Positions 1 through 8,759 of a DNA stretch of 30,624 nucleotides are shown here, piece by piece (position 1 is the stretch's first letter; each line of letters starts with the position of its first letter). The notes below the pieces were generated by a model that was given only the letters and a program-made list of their open reading frames with translations, made no database searches and had not been told where the DNA came from. The DNA is from a virus. Lineage: Duplodnaviria; Caudoviricetes. The stretch spans positions 1 through 30,624 of IMG/VR virus record IMGVR_UViG_3300025403_000031. One strand, 5' to 3'. Position numbers and translations under genes: made by a program.

Positions 1-473
1 TCAACCATTGTTCCCGAGGCGGTGTAGCCCAAGAAACTGGAGTTGGTGGTGTCTTGGAGCAGGCTGATCTGGAACTCAGTCCACGGGTTGATGCCCTTGG
101 AAGTGTAGAACCGATCAGGGCTGGCCTTCTTCCAGTCAAAGAACTTCTGACCGGAGCCGAGTATCCAGTTTTGTCCACTTCTCCGCCAAAGTCCTGCGGT
201 GTTGACCACGTTCTCGCCGGAGGAGTTGTCAAAGTTGAGCGAGTCACGCTGGGCAGGGATGCTTCGATGGCGGTATGCCTCACGGCGATACGGCTCAAAG
301 GAGGTGTCGGCGGTGTAGTTGTGACCGGCGATGCTGACGCTGTAGTTCCCCGGAGGTGGAACGGTGGGAGGTTCCAGCGAGGGGTAGGTGGGCGGCACAA
401 CGTCGCCGTAGTACGGCTCGGGAGTGGAGCCGAGTATTCCGGCGAGACCTCTGTTCGGGTATGCCGTAGCCAT
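1..473 (-). CDS. Tail protein, 5' part (putative tail tubular B/nozzle-like), runs off the window
   Basis: ATG at 473 overlaps the upstream TAA (TAATG). Open frame MATAYPNRGLAG...GLWRRSGQNWILGSGQKFFD...RFYTSKGINPW continues to the window edge. Position follows the adaptor-like gene. Not in the ORF track. Confidence 0.65.
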   Translation of the reverse strand, partial: MATAYPNRGLAGILGSTPEPYYGDVVPPTYPSLEPPTVPPPGNYSVSIAGHNYTADTSFEPYRREAYRHRSIPAQRDSLNFDNSSGENVVNTAGLWRRSGQNWILGSGQKFFDWKKASPDRFYTSKGINPWTEFQISLLQDTTNSSFLGYTASGTMV

Positions 474-1423
474 TACAGCCCGATGGGTCGCATCATCGGC
501 CAGCGGTTGCGGAAGCGGTTAGCCTCCTCGTCAATGCGCCGGTCGTAGAGGGCTTGCAGGCCGGAGACAGAGTTCATAATGTTCCCTGCCATAACGTCTT
601 GGGACTTCCTCATGTCGGGCTGGCCCTCAATGAAGTTGCGCTTCACTTCTCGCACGAGCGTCAGGTCAATCTCTGCTCGGATGGCAGGGATGTCCATGCA
701 GGTAAGTGGGAGGCCGAGGTCGGTGCTCATGTCTTGGCTGACGGAGGTGGCCTTGATGAAAGGTGCACCGTAGGTCAGCACCATGGGGAGACCAGGCATG
801 GCGGACTGGTTGACGAACAAGGCGTAGCCACCGGGGATCTTGGTGCTCTGGATACCTCGGGCGACTTGGAAGGAGCGCAGGGTTGGGAAGTAGTGCGAGG
901 GGTCAGGCAGGTCGTAGCGCAGTCCGAGGATGGTGTGGAAGTCCGAAGGGACACCGGCAGAAGCGAGGTCGTAGCCTCGGAGGACTGGGTTGTAGGTGAT
1001 GGTGGTTGAGCCTTCTCGCATGAGGCCGAAACCGGGGGCAGACATGGCACTCAGAGCGTCGTTGAGTGCGACTGCGATAGCCCATCGAGTGTACTTGGGG
1101 TTGATGTAGACCGCCGAGCCGTTGGAGTGGTTGGCGTTGGTGGAGCCTTCATAGGCCGGGGTCACGCTGATGGTGTAGGTGGTGACGGTTCCCACGGTGG
1201 CGGTGCTCACGCCTTGGACGAGGAACACTTCTTCGTCAATGGCGAGGATGCTGCCGAGCTGGATCGCCTGGGCTTGTCCGCCGACAATGCTCAGAGTGGT
1301 GCCTCCGGTCAGGTAGTCCGCCGACAACTGCGCGATGAACTCACGCTGGTTGGACATGACGTTGCGGTAGACCCGCTCAATCTGGTCGCCAAATGTTGAG
1401 CCTGCAAATCCACCAGAGGGCAT
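473..1423 (-). CDS. Putative head-tail adaptor / tail tubular protein A-like (316 aa)
   Basis: Lies in the tail module. Has an N-terminal beta-rich segment (GSILAIDEEVFLV...YEGSTNANHSNGSAV), then helical AIAVALNDAL and C-terminal LYDRRIDEEANR, an architecture typical of podovirus adaptors. Confidence 0.6.
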   Translation of the reverse strand: MPSGGFAGSTFGDQIERVYRNVMSNQREFIAQLSADYLTGGTTLSIVGGQAQAIQLGSILAIDEEVFLVQGVSTATVGTVTTYTISVTPAYEGSTNANHSNGSAVYINPKYTRWAIAVALNDALSAMSAPGFGLMREGSTTITYNPVLRGYDLASAGVPSDFHTILGLRYDLPDPSHYFPTLRSFQVARGIQSTKIPGGYALFVNQSAMPGLPMVLTYGAPFIKATSVSQDMSTDLGLPLTCMDIPAIRAEIDLTLVREVKRNFIEGQPDMRKSQDVMAGNIMNSVSGLQALYDRRIDEEANRFRNRWPMMRPIGL

Positions 1424-1436
1424 GGTCTATTTTACC

Positions 1437-1754
1437 TTATGTGAGGTCGGGAGCATACTCGGTGAGAGCAGCCTTTAGGGTTGACTTGTCCTCGGAACGG
1501 AAGATTTGTCCGCTTGTAACCTCAAAGCGAGTGGTCGCTTGGGCCTCGATTTCTGCTGCGCCCTTCGTGGACTTGGGTTGCAGACCATCCTCTCGCAGGC
1601 GCTTGTACGCCGGAAGGTCTTTCTCTTGCTGCTTCTCGGTGGCCTTGTAGCCAGCAGCGAGGCTACGAGTAGCCATGGCTGAGGGGGCGAAAGAGATGCT
1701 GGATGCCTTGCAGCCGAAGCAGTCGGGCTTGCAATTGGGGTTGGGGTGTGCCAT
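1437..1754 (-). CDS. Conserved phage protein with N-terminal HP...CxxxCFGCK motif (105 aa)
   Basis: Clean ORF between the tail fibre and adaptor genes, with CFGCK and DLPAYKRLREDGLQP motifs. Function unknown. Confidence 0.7.
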   Translation of the reverse strand: MAHPNPNCKPDCFGCKASSISFAPSAMATRSLAAGYKATEKQQEKDLPAYKRLREDGLQPKSTKGAAEIEAQATTRFEVTSGQIFRSEDKSTLKAALTEYAPDLT

Positions 1755-1763
1755 GTCTCTAGC

Positions 1764-4700
1764 CTAGGTCAGAACGTAGTAAGGGCTGATGTCTGAAACT
1801 GTTGCCGAGTAGGTCGTGCCGATGGAAGCCGGGTTCGTGCTGCCGGTGAGGTTCACCGAAAGGTATGGGGACACGCTGGTCAAAAGTGTTGAGTTGTTGG
1901 ACACAATGGTGGGCATAGTGCTTGCTGTGATACAGGTACCGATGTAGTAGATGCCGGTAGATGGCACCGTGTAGGTGCTTGACGAACCAGAAGCGATGGT
2001 GGCGATAGGCCAAGTAAAAAGGGCGTTCGTGCCCATGCTGCTGAGGCTCTGCTGCGCCGTGGCTGCGACGAGCGTTGCTGTGGTACCTGAAAGCGTGAAG
2101 ATGCCTGCCCATGTGCCGGTGACGCTTGCCCCTGCGGTGGTGTAAGTCTGGAAGGTGATCTTGTTGATGACCGTTCCTGCCGCAAGGTAAACGGCTGCTG
2201 CTCGGATCTGGCTGCTGCTCGGAGCGATGGAAGTGTTTATGAACCAGCGAGGCAAAGACTCTGCGACTGCTGCGCTTCCTCCGATGGTCGGGTTCATTGA
2301 GGTAATCATGGAGTCAAACCAGATGTTGGAGCCTTGCGCTCCTTGGCTTCCCTGCGCTCCCTGGCTTCCCTGCGCTCCCTGAGTACCCTGTGCGCCTTGT
2401 GCTCCCTGTGCGCCTTGTGCTCCCTGCGAACCAGTAGCTCCCTGTGCTCCGGTGCTGCCTTGATTACCCTGCGAACCTTGGGAACCCTGAGAACCCTGAA
2501 CGCCTTGGTAGCCCTGCCCTCCGGGCTCACCGACTGGGCCGGAAGATGAGAACTGAGCAAGGACAAGTTGCCCATTGCTGAATGGGTTAGATGAACTACC
2601 CGCAACGTAAGCAATCGTGTTTAAGTGAGAGAACGTAACCGGCGTTGTGTCCAGCGTGTAAATGCCAAAGGTCATCCACTTTGACGGGTCGTTTGCTGCG
2701 ACCAACGTCATAAACGCAATGTAGTTTCCGGTAAGTCCGCCGCTGCCAGAGTTGACAATGGTGTTGATAAGTGTTCGAGCGGTACCCGAAGTGGCCGGAG
2801 AGGTTGCTGTTTGACTGAACACCACTGAGGTTGCGGAACTCTCGGTTGAAGTGTCGAAACGGAAGTTTCCAGTACCAGGATCAGTCTGCGAGGTTGTGGT
2901 GCTGAAGGTGTACTCCAGCGTGACGGGGCCGCCCCATTGTCCTGCTGAACCTTGCACACCCTGAGTACCGGCTCCCTGAACACCTTGATACCCCTGTGGG
3001 CCTTGTGCGCCCTGAGCACCCTGAGGGCCGGAGAGCAGTTGGTCAAAGCGAACAGCATCACTCGGATTGGTGCCAGCAGCAAGACCAGTGATCTTGTTGG
3101 AACCCATGTTGATAGCGCCGGACATGGTGCCACCAGTAAGGGGCAACTTGGTCGGGTCGCTCAACGTCGAGATGCCGCGAACCGAGATGACGGTGCAGTA
3201 AATACCAAAGACCGTTTGCGGCGTGGTGTATGAGGTGTTCGTCCAGTCGTTGTACGTCAATGTCGCAGCGCCAGTCCACGATGACGGTGCTCCGGTGAAC
3301 GCCCAAAGAGCTGCACCGTAGCCTGCCTGCACCGAAGAAGTGGGCGGGGTGTTGGCGGCAATAAGCGAAGTGCCACCAGCGTTGAGGGTCGCTTGGATGG
3401 TTGCCGCACCAGTGGCACCAGAACCTGTGCCGTTGGAGGTTTGCTTGCCCATGACCAATACGCCATCGGTAGCGGCGTTTGCCAACTTGATGCTGGTGTT
3501 GCTTCCGGTTGAAGCGGAACCCACTGGGGCAACTACGCCCTGCAAGAACACACCATTGGTGCCTGCGGTGGTGTTGACGTTTGACCACTCGGAGACAAAT
3601 GCCTGCACGTTGGCGACGTTGCTGCCGCCAGTGGGAGTGACGGTCACGGGGATGTAGGTGCTACTGGTGATGTCCGCCGAAGTGACGGTGTAGGCAAACA
3701 CTGTGGCGTTGCCGTATGCGGCGGAACTTACGATTGACCACGAGCCGCCTGGGGACGATGCGGTAAAACCCGTTCCAGATACGCCAGCACCCGACTGGGC
3801 AATCTGCATCACAAGAACGTTGCCTACTGAAGGCAGAGCGCCAACCGTGGTGCCAATGTTAAAAGTGGCGGACGAGCCGCTACTAATTGAACCCAGCGTG
3901 GTGATAAACGTTTGCGCGAGCAATGGAGAAGTTGGTTGCTTGCTGGCATTGAAGGTTGAGATCAGCAGGAAGGAACCAGCCAAACCTTGCGAGTTGCCGG
4001 GGCCAAGCGGATCGTCTTGGAAGGCAATCGTTCCTGCGCCGCTTTGCGACAGAACGTTGGTGAACGAACCAGTTGACTCGTTGGCTACGCCTCGAACGTC
4101 AAGGATTTGACCTGCCGTTGCAACCATGTTGTAGCCGGTTGAGGTGGCACCAGAAACAGTTGTGATTTGCGTCGCAACATTGTCGTTAAGCGTGACCGGG
4201 AAGGTTCCGGTTCCTGCGGCGGCAAAGTCAAAGTAGCGATAAGTCGCTGCACCTCGCTCGTCGTTCCAAACCTTGTTGGAGTTAAACGAACTTGGAACAG
4301 AGTAGGAGCCAATGTTCCAGTTGGCAGAGCAACCGATGTAAAGCGGCTTCACGGTAGCGGTGCCGCTAGAGAGAGCTACCGCAACGGTGGCACTTGACGA
4401 ACTAGCGACTGCGGTAATGGTTGTAGTGACTCCACCACAAATGATGGTTGCGCCTACGTCAAGACACGAGAACGAACCTGATGCTGCCGTGATTGTGGTG
4501 GACGAGGAGTTGGTCAGCGTGACCGTGTGACTAACGGGGCTTTTGATCGTGACCGAAACGCCGGTGCCAGAGGCGTAGGCGATATTAGACATAACCGCAG
4601 TAGTTGAGTTGGTAATGGACTTGATGTAAGCAATGCCGGCGGAGGCGTTGAACAAGCCGGTGCCCGTCACAACACTACCGATGTCGCTACTACTAAAGGT

Positions 4701-6110
4701 GTAGCCCGAGGTGGCAGTAAGAGTGGTTGAGTTGGCAACAACGGTTGCCGTGAAGGTGGTGAAGCTTGACGAAGGGCCAAAGTTTCCTCCGCCGAAATGG
4801 TCAATCTCGTTGCCGGAAACCTCTGAGACTTGAAGGCTCTGTACGTTCAGGCCACCGATACCGGGCAGACCCCATGCTTGGTAGACGTGGTTGTTCTGCA
4901 CCCACCATCCACTAGCACCTTCAAGGTTGATGTTCCAGCGTCCGTTGTTGTAGCAGATGTTGTTTTGACAGAATGAGTCAGTGGCATAGTTCGGCGCAGC
5001 CGCAGCCTCGCTATGGATGCCATCTCGACCAGCGCCAAATGTCCAGTTGCCAGTGACGTAGTTTTCAATGACTCCGTACGGAAGCGTGGTAGTGGCTCGG
5101 TGAAGCGAGATCAGAATGTTGTCTACTGGGTTGTCGTGTACGTAGCAATTCTTGACCGTCACCCGACCTTGGCACACGATAATGCCATGCCCACCGTTTG
5201 GGTTGTCGGTGATGGTGTAGGTGGACTGGTTGGCGGAGTTGCCATCTACGGCAATGTCAATGTAGCCACCGCCATAGACAGGGTTCCCGGTAGTGGTGAA
5301 CCAGTAGGCATCTGCCAGAACCGCTTGGAGGTTGCTGCCGTTTGCAGCCTTGAATGGAGAACCAGCGGCACCAGCACCAACGAAAGTTGTCCCGCCCGGT
5401 CGTTGGAGAGTGGCGTTCAAGTAGTACGGCGCAGATGAGGGAGCACCAGGGAAGTAAATGGTTTGCCCAACATGAGCGTTGACAAAGGCTTGAAGTGCAA
5501 CGCTGTCCGTAGCGCCAGTGGTGTCTCCTGAGGGAGCAGGAGCGGTGACTGCCCCGGTGCCTGAACCTTGTGCGCCTTGAACGCCTTGTGCGCCTTGGGA
5601 GCCGGTAGTGCCCTGCGAGCCTTGGGTTCCTGCGCCCTGGATACCTTGCGCTCCCTGATTTCCCTGACTACCTTGTGCGCCTTGAACTCCCTGCGCCCCT
5701 TGTGCTCCCGTTGGTCCGGGGACAATCTGGCTTACGATGGCAAGGTCGTTGGGGTCACTACCAGCGATGAACTGCTTGGCTTGCTGGTAGTTGCCGTAGA
5801 GGGTCGAGTTGGCGGAGAGGCTTCCCTGCGATCCGTCAGTGAAGTGCGGCGAGTTGTACAACTGGTAGGTGGTTTGTCCGTTGTAGGTGAAGGACAGGTA
5901 GTACTGCTCGTCAGTCGGGAGAGCGAGTTGGAAGGTGCCGGGGCCACCGAAGGCTACGCCAGTCGTGACCGGGCCTGCATCAGTGACTCCGGGGAAGGGC
6001 GTGTTGAGCGTCGGGATAGACGAGAAACGCCACGCCTTGAACGCGTAAACGATGGCACCGTTAGTCGGGCCATCTGCGGTGATGAAGGTGTCAGAGACAA
6101 TGAAACTCAT
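1764..6110 (-). CDS. Tail fibre / receptor-binding protein with collagen-like repeats and a right-handed beta-helix (~1448 aa)
   Basis: Start likely ATG 6110 (ATGA overlap with upstream stop). Three Gly-X-Gln tracts, a pectate-lyase-like DSVALQAF...IYFP start followed by Asn-ladder repeats, and a KLPLTGGTMSGAINMGSNKITGLAAG neck motif. Ser/Thr-rich. Confidence 0.85.
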   Translation of the reverse strand: MSFIVSDTFITADGPTNGAIVYAFKAWRFSSIPTLNTPFPGVTDAGPVTTGVAFGGPGTFQLALPTDEQYYLSFTYNGQTTYQLYNSPHFTDGSQGSLSANSTLYGNYQQAKQFIAGSDPNDLAIVSQIVPGPTGAQGAQGVQGAQGSQGNQGAQGIQGAGTQGSQGTTGSQGAQGVQGAQGSGTGAVTAPAPSGDTTGATDSVALQAFVNAHVGQTIYFPGAPSSAPYYLNATLQRPGGTTFVGAGAAGSPFKAANGSNLQAVLADAYWFTTTGNPVYGGGYIDIAVDGNSANQSTYTITDNPNGGHGIIVCQGRVTVKNCYVHDNPVDNILISLHRATTTLPYGVIENYVTGNWTFGAGRDGIHSEAAAAPNYATDSFCQNNICYNNGRWNINLEGASGWWVQNNHVYQAWGLPGIGGLNVQSLQVSEVSGNEIDHFGGGNFGPSSSFTTFTATVVANSTTLTATSGYTFSSSDIGSVVTGTGLFNASAGIAYIKSITNSTTAVMSNIAYASGTGVSVTIKSPVSHTVTLTNSSSTTITAASGSFSCLDVGATIICGGVTTTITAVASSSSATVAVALSSGTATVKPLYIGCSANWNIGSYSVPSSFNSNKVWNDERGAATYRYFDFAAAGTGTFPVTLNDNVATQITTVSGATSTGYNMVATAGQILDVRGVANESTGSFTNVLSQSGAGTIAFQDDPLGPGNSQGLAGSFLLISTFNASKQPTSPLLAQTFITTLGSISSGSSATFNIGTTVGALPSVGNVLVMQIAQSGAGVSGTGFTASSPGGSWSIVSSAAYGNATVFAYTVTSADITSSTYIPVTVTPTGGSNVANVQAFVSEWSNVNTTAGTNGVFLQGVVAPVGSASTGSNTSIKLANAATDGVLVMGKQTSNGTGSGATGAATIQATLNAGGTSLIAANTPPTSSVQAGYGAALWAFTGAPSSWTGAATLTYNDWTNTSYTTPQTVFGIYCTVISVRGISTLSDPTKLPLTGGTMSGAINMGSNKITGLAAGTNPSDAVRFDQLLSGPQGAQGAQGPQGYQGVQGAGTQGVQGSAGQWGGPVTLEYTFSTTTSQTDPGTGNFRFDTSTESSATSVVFSQTATSPATSGTARTLINTIVNSGSGGLTGNYIAFMTLVAANDPSKWMTFGIYTLDTTPVTFSHLNTIAYVAGSSSNPFSNGQLVLAQFSSSGPVGEPGGQGYQGVQGSQGSQGSQGNQGSTGAQGATGSQGAQGAQGAQGAQGTQGAQGSQGAQGSQGAQGSNIWFDSMITSMNPTIGGSAAVAESLPRWFINTSIAPSSSQIRAAAVYLAAGTVINKITFQTYTTAGASVTGTWAGIFTLSGTTATLVAATAQQSLSSMGTNALFTWPIATIASGSSSTYTVPSTGIYYIGTCITASTMPTIVSNNSTLLTSVSPYLSVNLTGSTNPASIGTTYSATVSDISPYYVLT
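2330..2540 (-). repeat. Collagen-like (GAQ/GSQ)n coding repeat, distal
   Basis: 9-nt period repeats such as ccctgcgct/ccttgtgcg encode Gly-X-Gln. Confidence 0.9.
2940..3030 (-). repeat. Collagen-like coding repeat, middle
   Basis: Encodes GPQGAQGAQGPQGYQGVQGAGTQGVQG. Confidence 0.9.
5560..5720 (-). repeat. Collagen-like coding repeat, proximal
   Basis: Encodes GPTGAQGAQGVQGAQGSQGNQGAQGIQG... Confidence 0.9.
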
Positions 6111-6493
6111 GGTGTCACCGTAATGCAATCGGCGTAGCCCTTAGACGAAAGCCACGCTGCTTCCGTGTCGGTGATTTGATACTCGTGTCCGCCGTAGTAG
6201 ATGTTCACGATGTAGACCGGCAGGGAAGTGTAGGTGTAGGTGTTGTCTACGTTCCTCACCTGAGCAAACGGCCCGCCGGGGTCATTGGGGTTGTACGGCT
6301 GGGGGAAGTTGGTGTTCTGGTTCTCCGGCGTTGGGTAGTCCTGGGCGATGGTGCCATCACTCAGGATGTAGACGTTCACGCCTCGATAGGTCGGCTGGAA
6401 GTACCGGAACAGAAGGTACTGAAGCCCCTTGGTGTCCGCCGCATAGGGCGGGACAATCTTGGCTTCCGGAGGAACGAAGGTGTAGGTCGGCAT
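6107..6493 (-). CDS. Conserved virion-associated protein (128 aa)
   Basis: Coupled on both sides. C-terminal YYGGHEYQITDTEAAWLSSKGY motif of a type seen after capsid genes in such phages. Confidence 0.7.
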   Translation of the reverse strand: MPTYTFVPPEAKIVPPYAADTKGLQYLLFRYFQPTYRGVNVYILSDGTIAQDYPTPENQNTNFPQPYNPNDPGGPFAQVRNVDNTYTYTSLPVYIVNIYYGGHEYQITDTEAAWLSSKGYADCITVTP

Positions 6494-6714
6494 TACCGAC
6501 CCTTCAGGATCTCCATGGCAAGCGTGTCCCCGGCGCTACGGGTGTCCGAGAGGACGACCGCTGGCTCTTGGGGGTTGGCACCTTCGCCCTTGGTGCGGAA
6601 GGTCACGCCGGACTTGGCATCTTCAAGGGCAGTCACCGGAGAACCAATGACATGCTCAACGCCAATCTCGCCTGCTCGTGCCGTGTCTGAAATGGTGAAG
6701 CGGTCAATCTTCAT
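6493..6714 (-). CDS. Hypothetical protein (73 aa)
   Basis: ATGA and TAATG overlaps with both neighbours. Confidence 0.7.
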   Translation of the reverse strand: MKIDRFTISDTARAGEIGVEHVIGSPVTALEDAKSGVTFRTKGEGANPQEPAVVLSDTRSAGDTLAMEILKGR

Positions 6715-6974
6715 CGGGTGCCATCCTCGTAGGTGCGGTAAGCCACAGGGTAGCCGGGCTTGTCAGGCAAGTCCATGGTGCGAGCTGCGGGGTGCAAGTC
6801 GCCAGGCACGACCACGCTGCCGTGGGCAGAGGCCCGAGCCTCATCTCCGGCAAAGCCACGGAAAGGGGCTGCGGTGCTGCCTGCGTCAAGTGGGTCAAGG
6901 TGATGCTTGACGGTGCCGAGAAGGTACTTGCTCTCAACGGCTGGCCCATCGCTTTGTCGAGCGGTGTCTTTCAT
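6711..6974 (-). CDS. Hypothetical protein (87 aa)
   Basis: TGATG overlap upstream, ATGA overlap downstream. Confidence 0.7.
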   Translation of the reverse strand: MKDTARQSDGPAVESKYLLGTVKHHLDPLDAGSTAAPFRGFAGDEARASAHGSVVVPGDLHPAARTMDLPDKPGYPVAYRTYEDGTR

Positions 6975-7252
6975 CAAAGCCCCAGTTCTCGGTAGTGAAC
7001 CTTGCCATCACCGGAGGTCTCGTAAGGGTCGCCGTGAAGGGCGGTTCCCATGCGGTCGGTGACTTGACCGTTCTCAAACTTCATCATCTTCCCGTCGCCT
7101 GCGTACCACGAAGGGTTGCAGTCTTGGATCCATGCTGAAGCGGAGTTAGCGGCGGCTCGTTCTGCACGAGTGCCAGCAAGCGGAGTGCCGGGGTCTTGCA
7201 TCGCTTCTGCAAGCGAGACTGAGCGCCCGGTTCCATCGTAGGTGAGTCCCAT
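6974..7252 (-). CDS. Hypothetical protein (92 aa)
   Basis: TGATG overlap with the zinc-ribbon gene and a GAGGAG RBS. Confidence 0.7.
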   Translation of the reverse strand: MGLTYDGTGRSVSLAEAMQDPGTPLAGTRAERAAANSASAWIQDCNPSWYAGDGKMMKFENGQVTDRMGTALHGDPYETSGDGKVHYRELGL

Positions 7253-7404
7253 CAGTTCTTCTCCTCAACTGGCTTCTGGGAAGGAACAGGAGTGCCATCG
7301 CTGTACCAAGTGAACTCTCCGCAGGTGAAGCAGTGGAGTTGGTTGAGACCAACCTGAAGATCCATGCTCCCACAGTGGGCACACTTACGAACTAACTTTG
7401 ACAT
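7252..7404 (-). CDS. Small zinc-ribbon protein (50 aa)
   Basis: Hand translation MSKLVRKCAHCGSMDLQVGLNQLHCFTCGEFTWYSDGTPVPSQKPVEEKN, with CxxC-x13-CxxC and a GGAAGGA RBS. Below the ORF-track cutoff. Confidence 0.8.
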   Translation of the reverse strand: MSKLVRKCAHCGSMDLQVGLNQLHCFTCGEFTWYSDGTPVPSQKPVEEKN

Positions 7405-7438
7405 CCTGTTCCTTCCCGTCGCCTTGTCCGACTACCGA

Positions 7439-8734
7439 CTAGTTGTCAATGTTCGGGTCAATGTTGGTGAGGCTGGACTGCGTGAGGTACTGAAGCAGCG
7501 CAGGCTGACGGAAGTTGCTGTAGCCTCCGAGCCAGTACCAACCGAGCGGCACGAAACGACGCAGGGTGTCGGTGATCGGGCCGGGGATGATCTTCGGCAC
7601 AGGGCCGTTGCCATCCACGATGGAGTGAACCTTGGCGAGTGCCTGGCGACCCATGAGGTAGGTCGAGTACACCGGCGAGTCCACGCCGGGGGCGCTGGAG
7701 ACAACCGTGACCGAGGTGGTAGCCGTGGCGTATCCGCCGCTCGGAGCGGTGAACGAGGTCACAGCAACCGTCACCGGGCTGGAGGTCGCAACCTGAGCCG
7801 TGGAGACCGACACCGTTTGGCTGTTGCCGTTGGCCGAGTCCGTCAACTTGATGAGCGTACCCACCGAGAGGTTGAGCGGGTTGGTTGTTGAGATGCCAGT
7901 GGCGACCAGCGAGATGCTCGTGGTTGCGCCAGCCGAGATAGCCGAGTTCAGCGTCAGCGGAATGCTGTTCGCGTCAGAAGTCGTACCGTAGACCTGTGCA
8001 CGAGGGGTCTCAATGAAACGGAACCCGTTGAGCGCACCAACTTCACCGGCCCAGATCTCAGCAGGCTGAGCGTACTGGTGAGGAGCAAGGTAGTTGTTGG
8101 TCAACTGAAGGTCGTAGGCCACGTCTGGGTGGATCACCGCAGCGTAGTACGAGCCGAACGGAGCAACGCTCTGAGCACGAAGGGTCTTTTGTGCACCGAG
8201 GATGTCGTTGTAGGTTGCCGTGGCACCAGTGGACAGGGCAGCAACGTTGGCGATGTTGGTAGCCAGCGAGGTGCTGAGGGTTGCGGCACCGGCGTTCTTG
8301 AACTGAGTTCCACCCAACGAAAGAGCGTTGCGAGCAACCGAGTCAATGCTGACACCAGCGTTGTAGCCAATGACGTTGGCGACGATGGGGTCAATCTCGA
8401 CGTACGACTCACCACGGAGGACTGCGTTGGTGGTCACGGCTGAACCGTATTCAGCAAGGCTCACAACGATTTGCGAGTTGCTGAGGGTCTGGGTCGTGAT
8501 GTCGGCGCTCTGCGAGAGAGGCGTGACAGCCGGGAGGAGGTCGTTCTGAATGGTGAACGTCACCGAGGAACCAGGCATGGACTGGTTGACCGACTTCACA
8601 TCCGCCAACTGGTCAAAGATCAGTTCGGGGCGGAGGGAGAAGTAGGCCATCCGGTCGTACGCCGCCTGGACGTAAGTGACATTGGATACTCCGGTGATGT
8701 TTCCGTTAGGGCCAATGGTAGGGGTAGTGGCCAT
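7439..8734 (-). CDS. Major capsid protein, N4-gp56-like HK97 fold (431 aa)
   Basis: Motifs EYGSAV, IHPDVAYDL, GEVG..NGFRFIETPR, MGRQALA, DTLRRF..LGWY. Strong AAAGGAG RBS. Follows the scaffold gene. Confidence 0.9.
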   Translation of the reverse strand: MATTPTIGPNGNITGVSNVTYVQAAYDRMAYFSLRPELIFDQLADVKSVNQSMPGSSVTFTIQNDLLPAVTPLSQSADITTQTLSNSQIVVSLAEYGSAVTTNAVLRGESYVEIDPIVANVIGYNAGVSIDSVARNALSLGGTQFKNAGAATLSTSLATNIANVAALSTGATATYNDILGAQKTLRAQSVAPFGSYYAAVIHPDVAYDLQLTNNYLAPHQYAQPAEIWAGEVGALNGFRFIETPRAQVYGTTSDANSIPLTLNSAISAGATTSISLVATGISTTNPLNLSVGTLIKLTDSANGNSQTVSVSTAQVATSSPVTVAVTSFTAPSGGYATATTSVTVVSSAPGVDSPVYSTYLMGRQALAKVHSIVDGNGPVPKIIPGPITDTLRRFVPLGWYWLGGYSNFRQPALLQYLTQSSLTNIDPNIDN

Positions 8735-8759
8735 GATGTTGCTCCTTTACGAGAGGGGG

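Noticed and set aside
2330-2540. Tandem repeats considered as a CRISPR array or DGR repeat
   Set aside because: They are 9-nt collagen codon repeats with no spacers. No reverse transcriptase or adenine-specific template/variable pair was seen.
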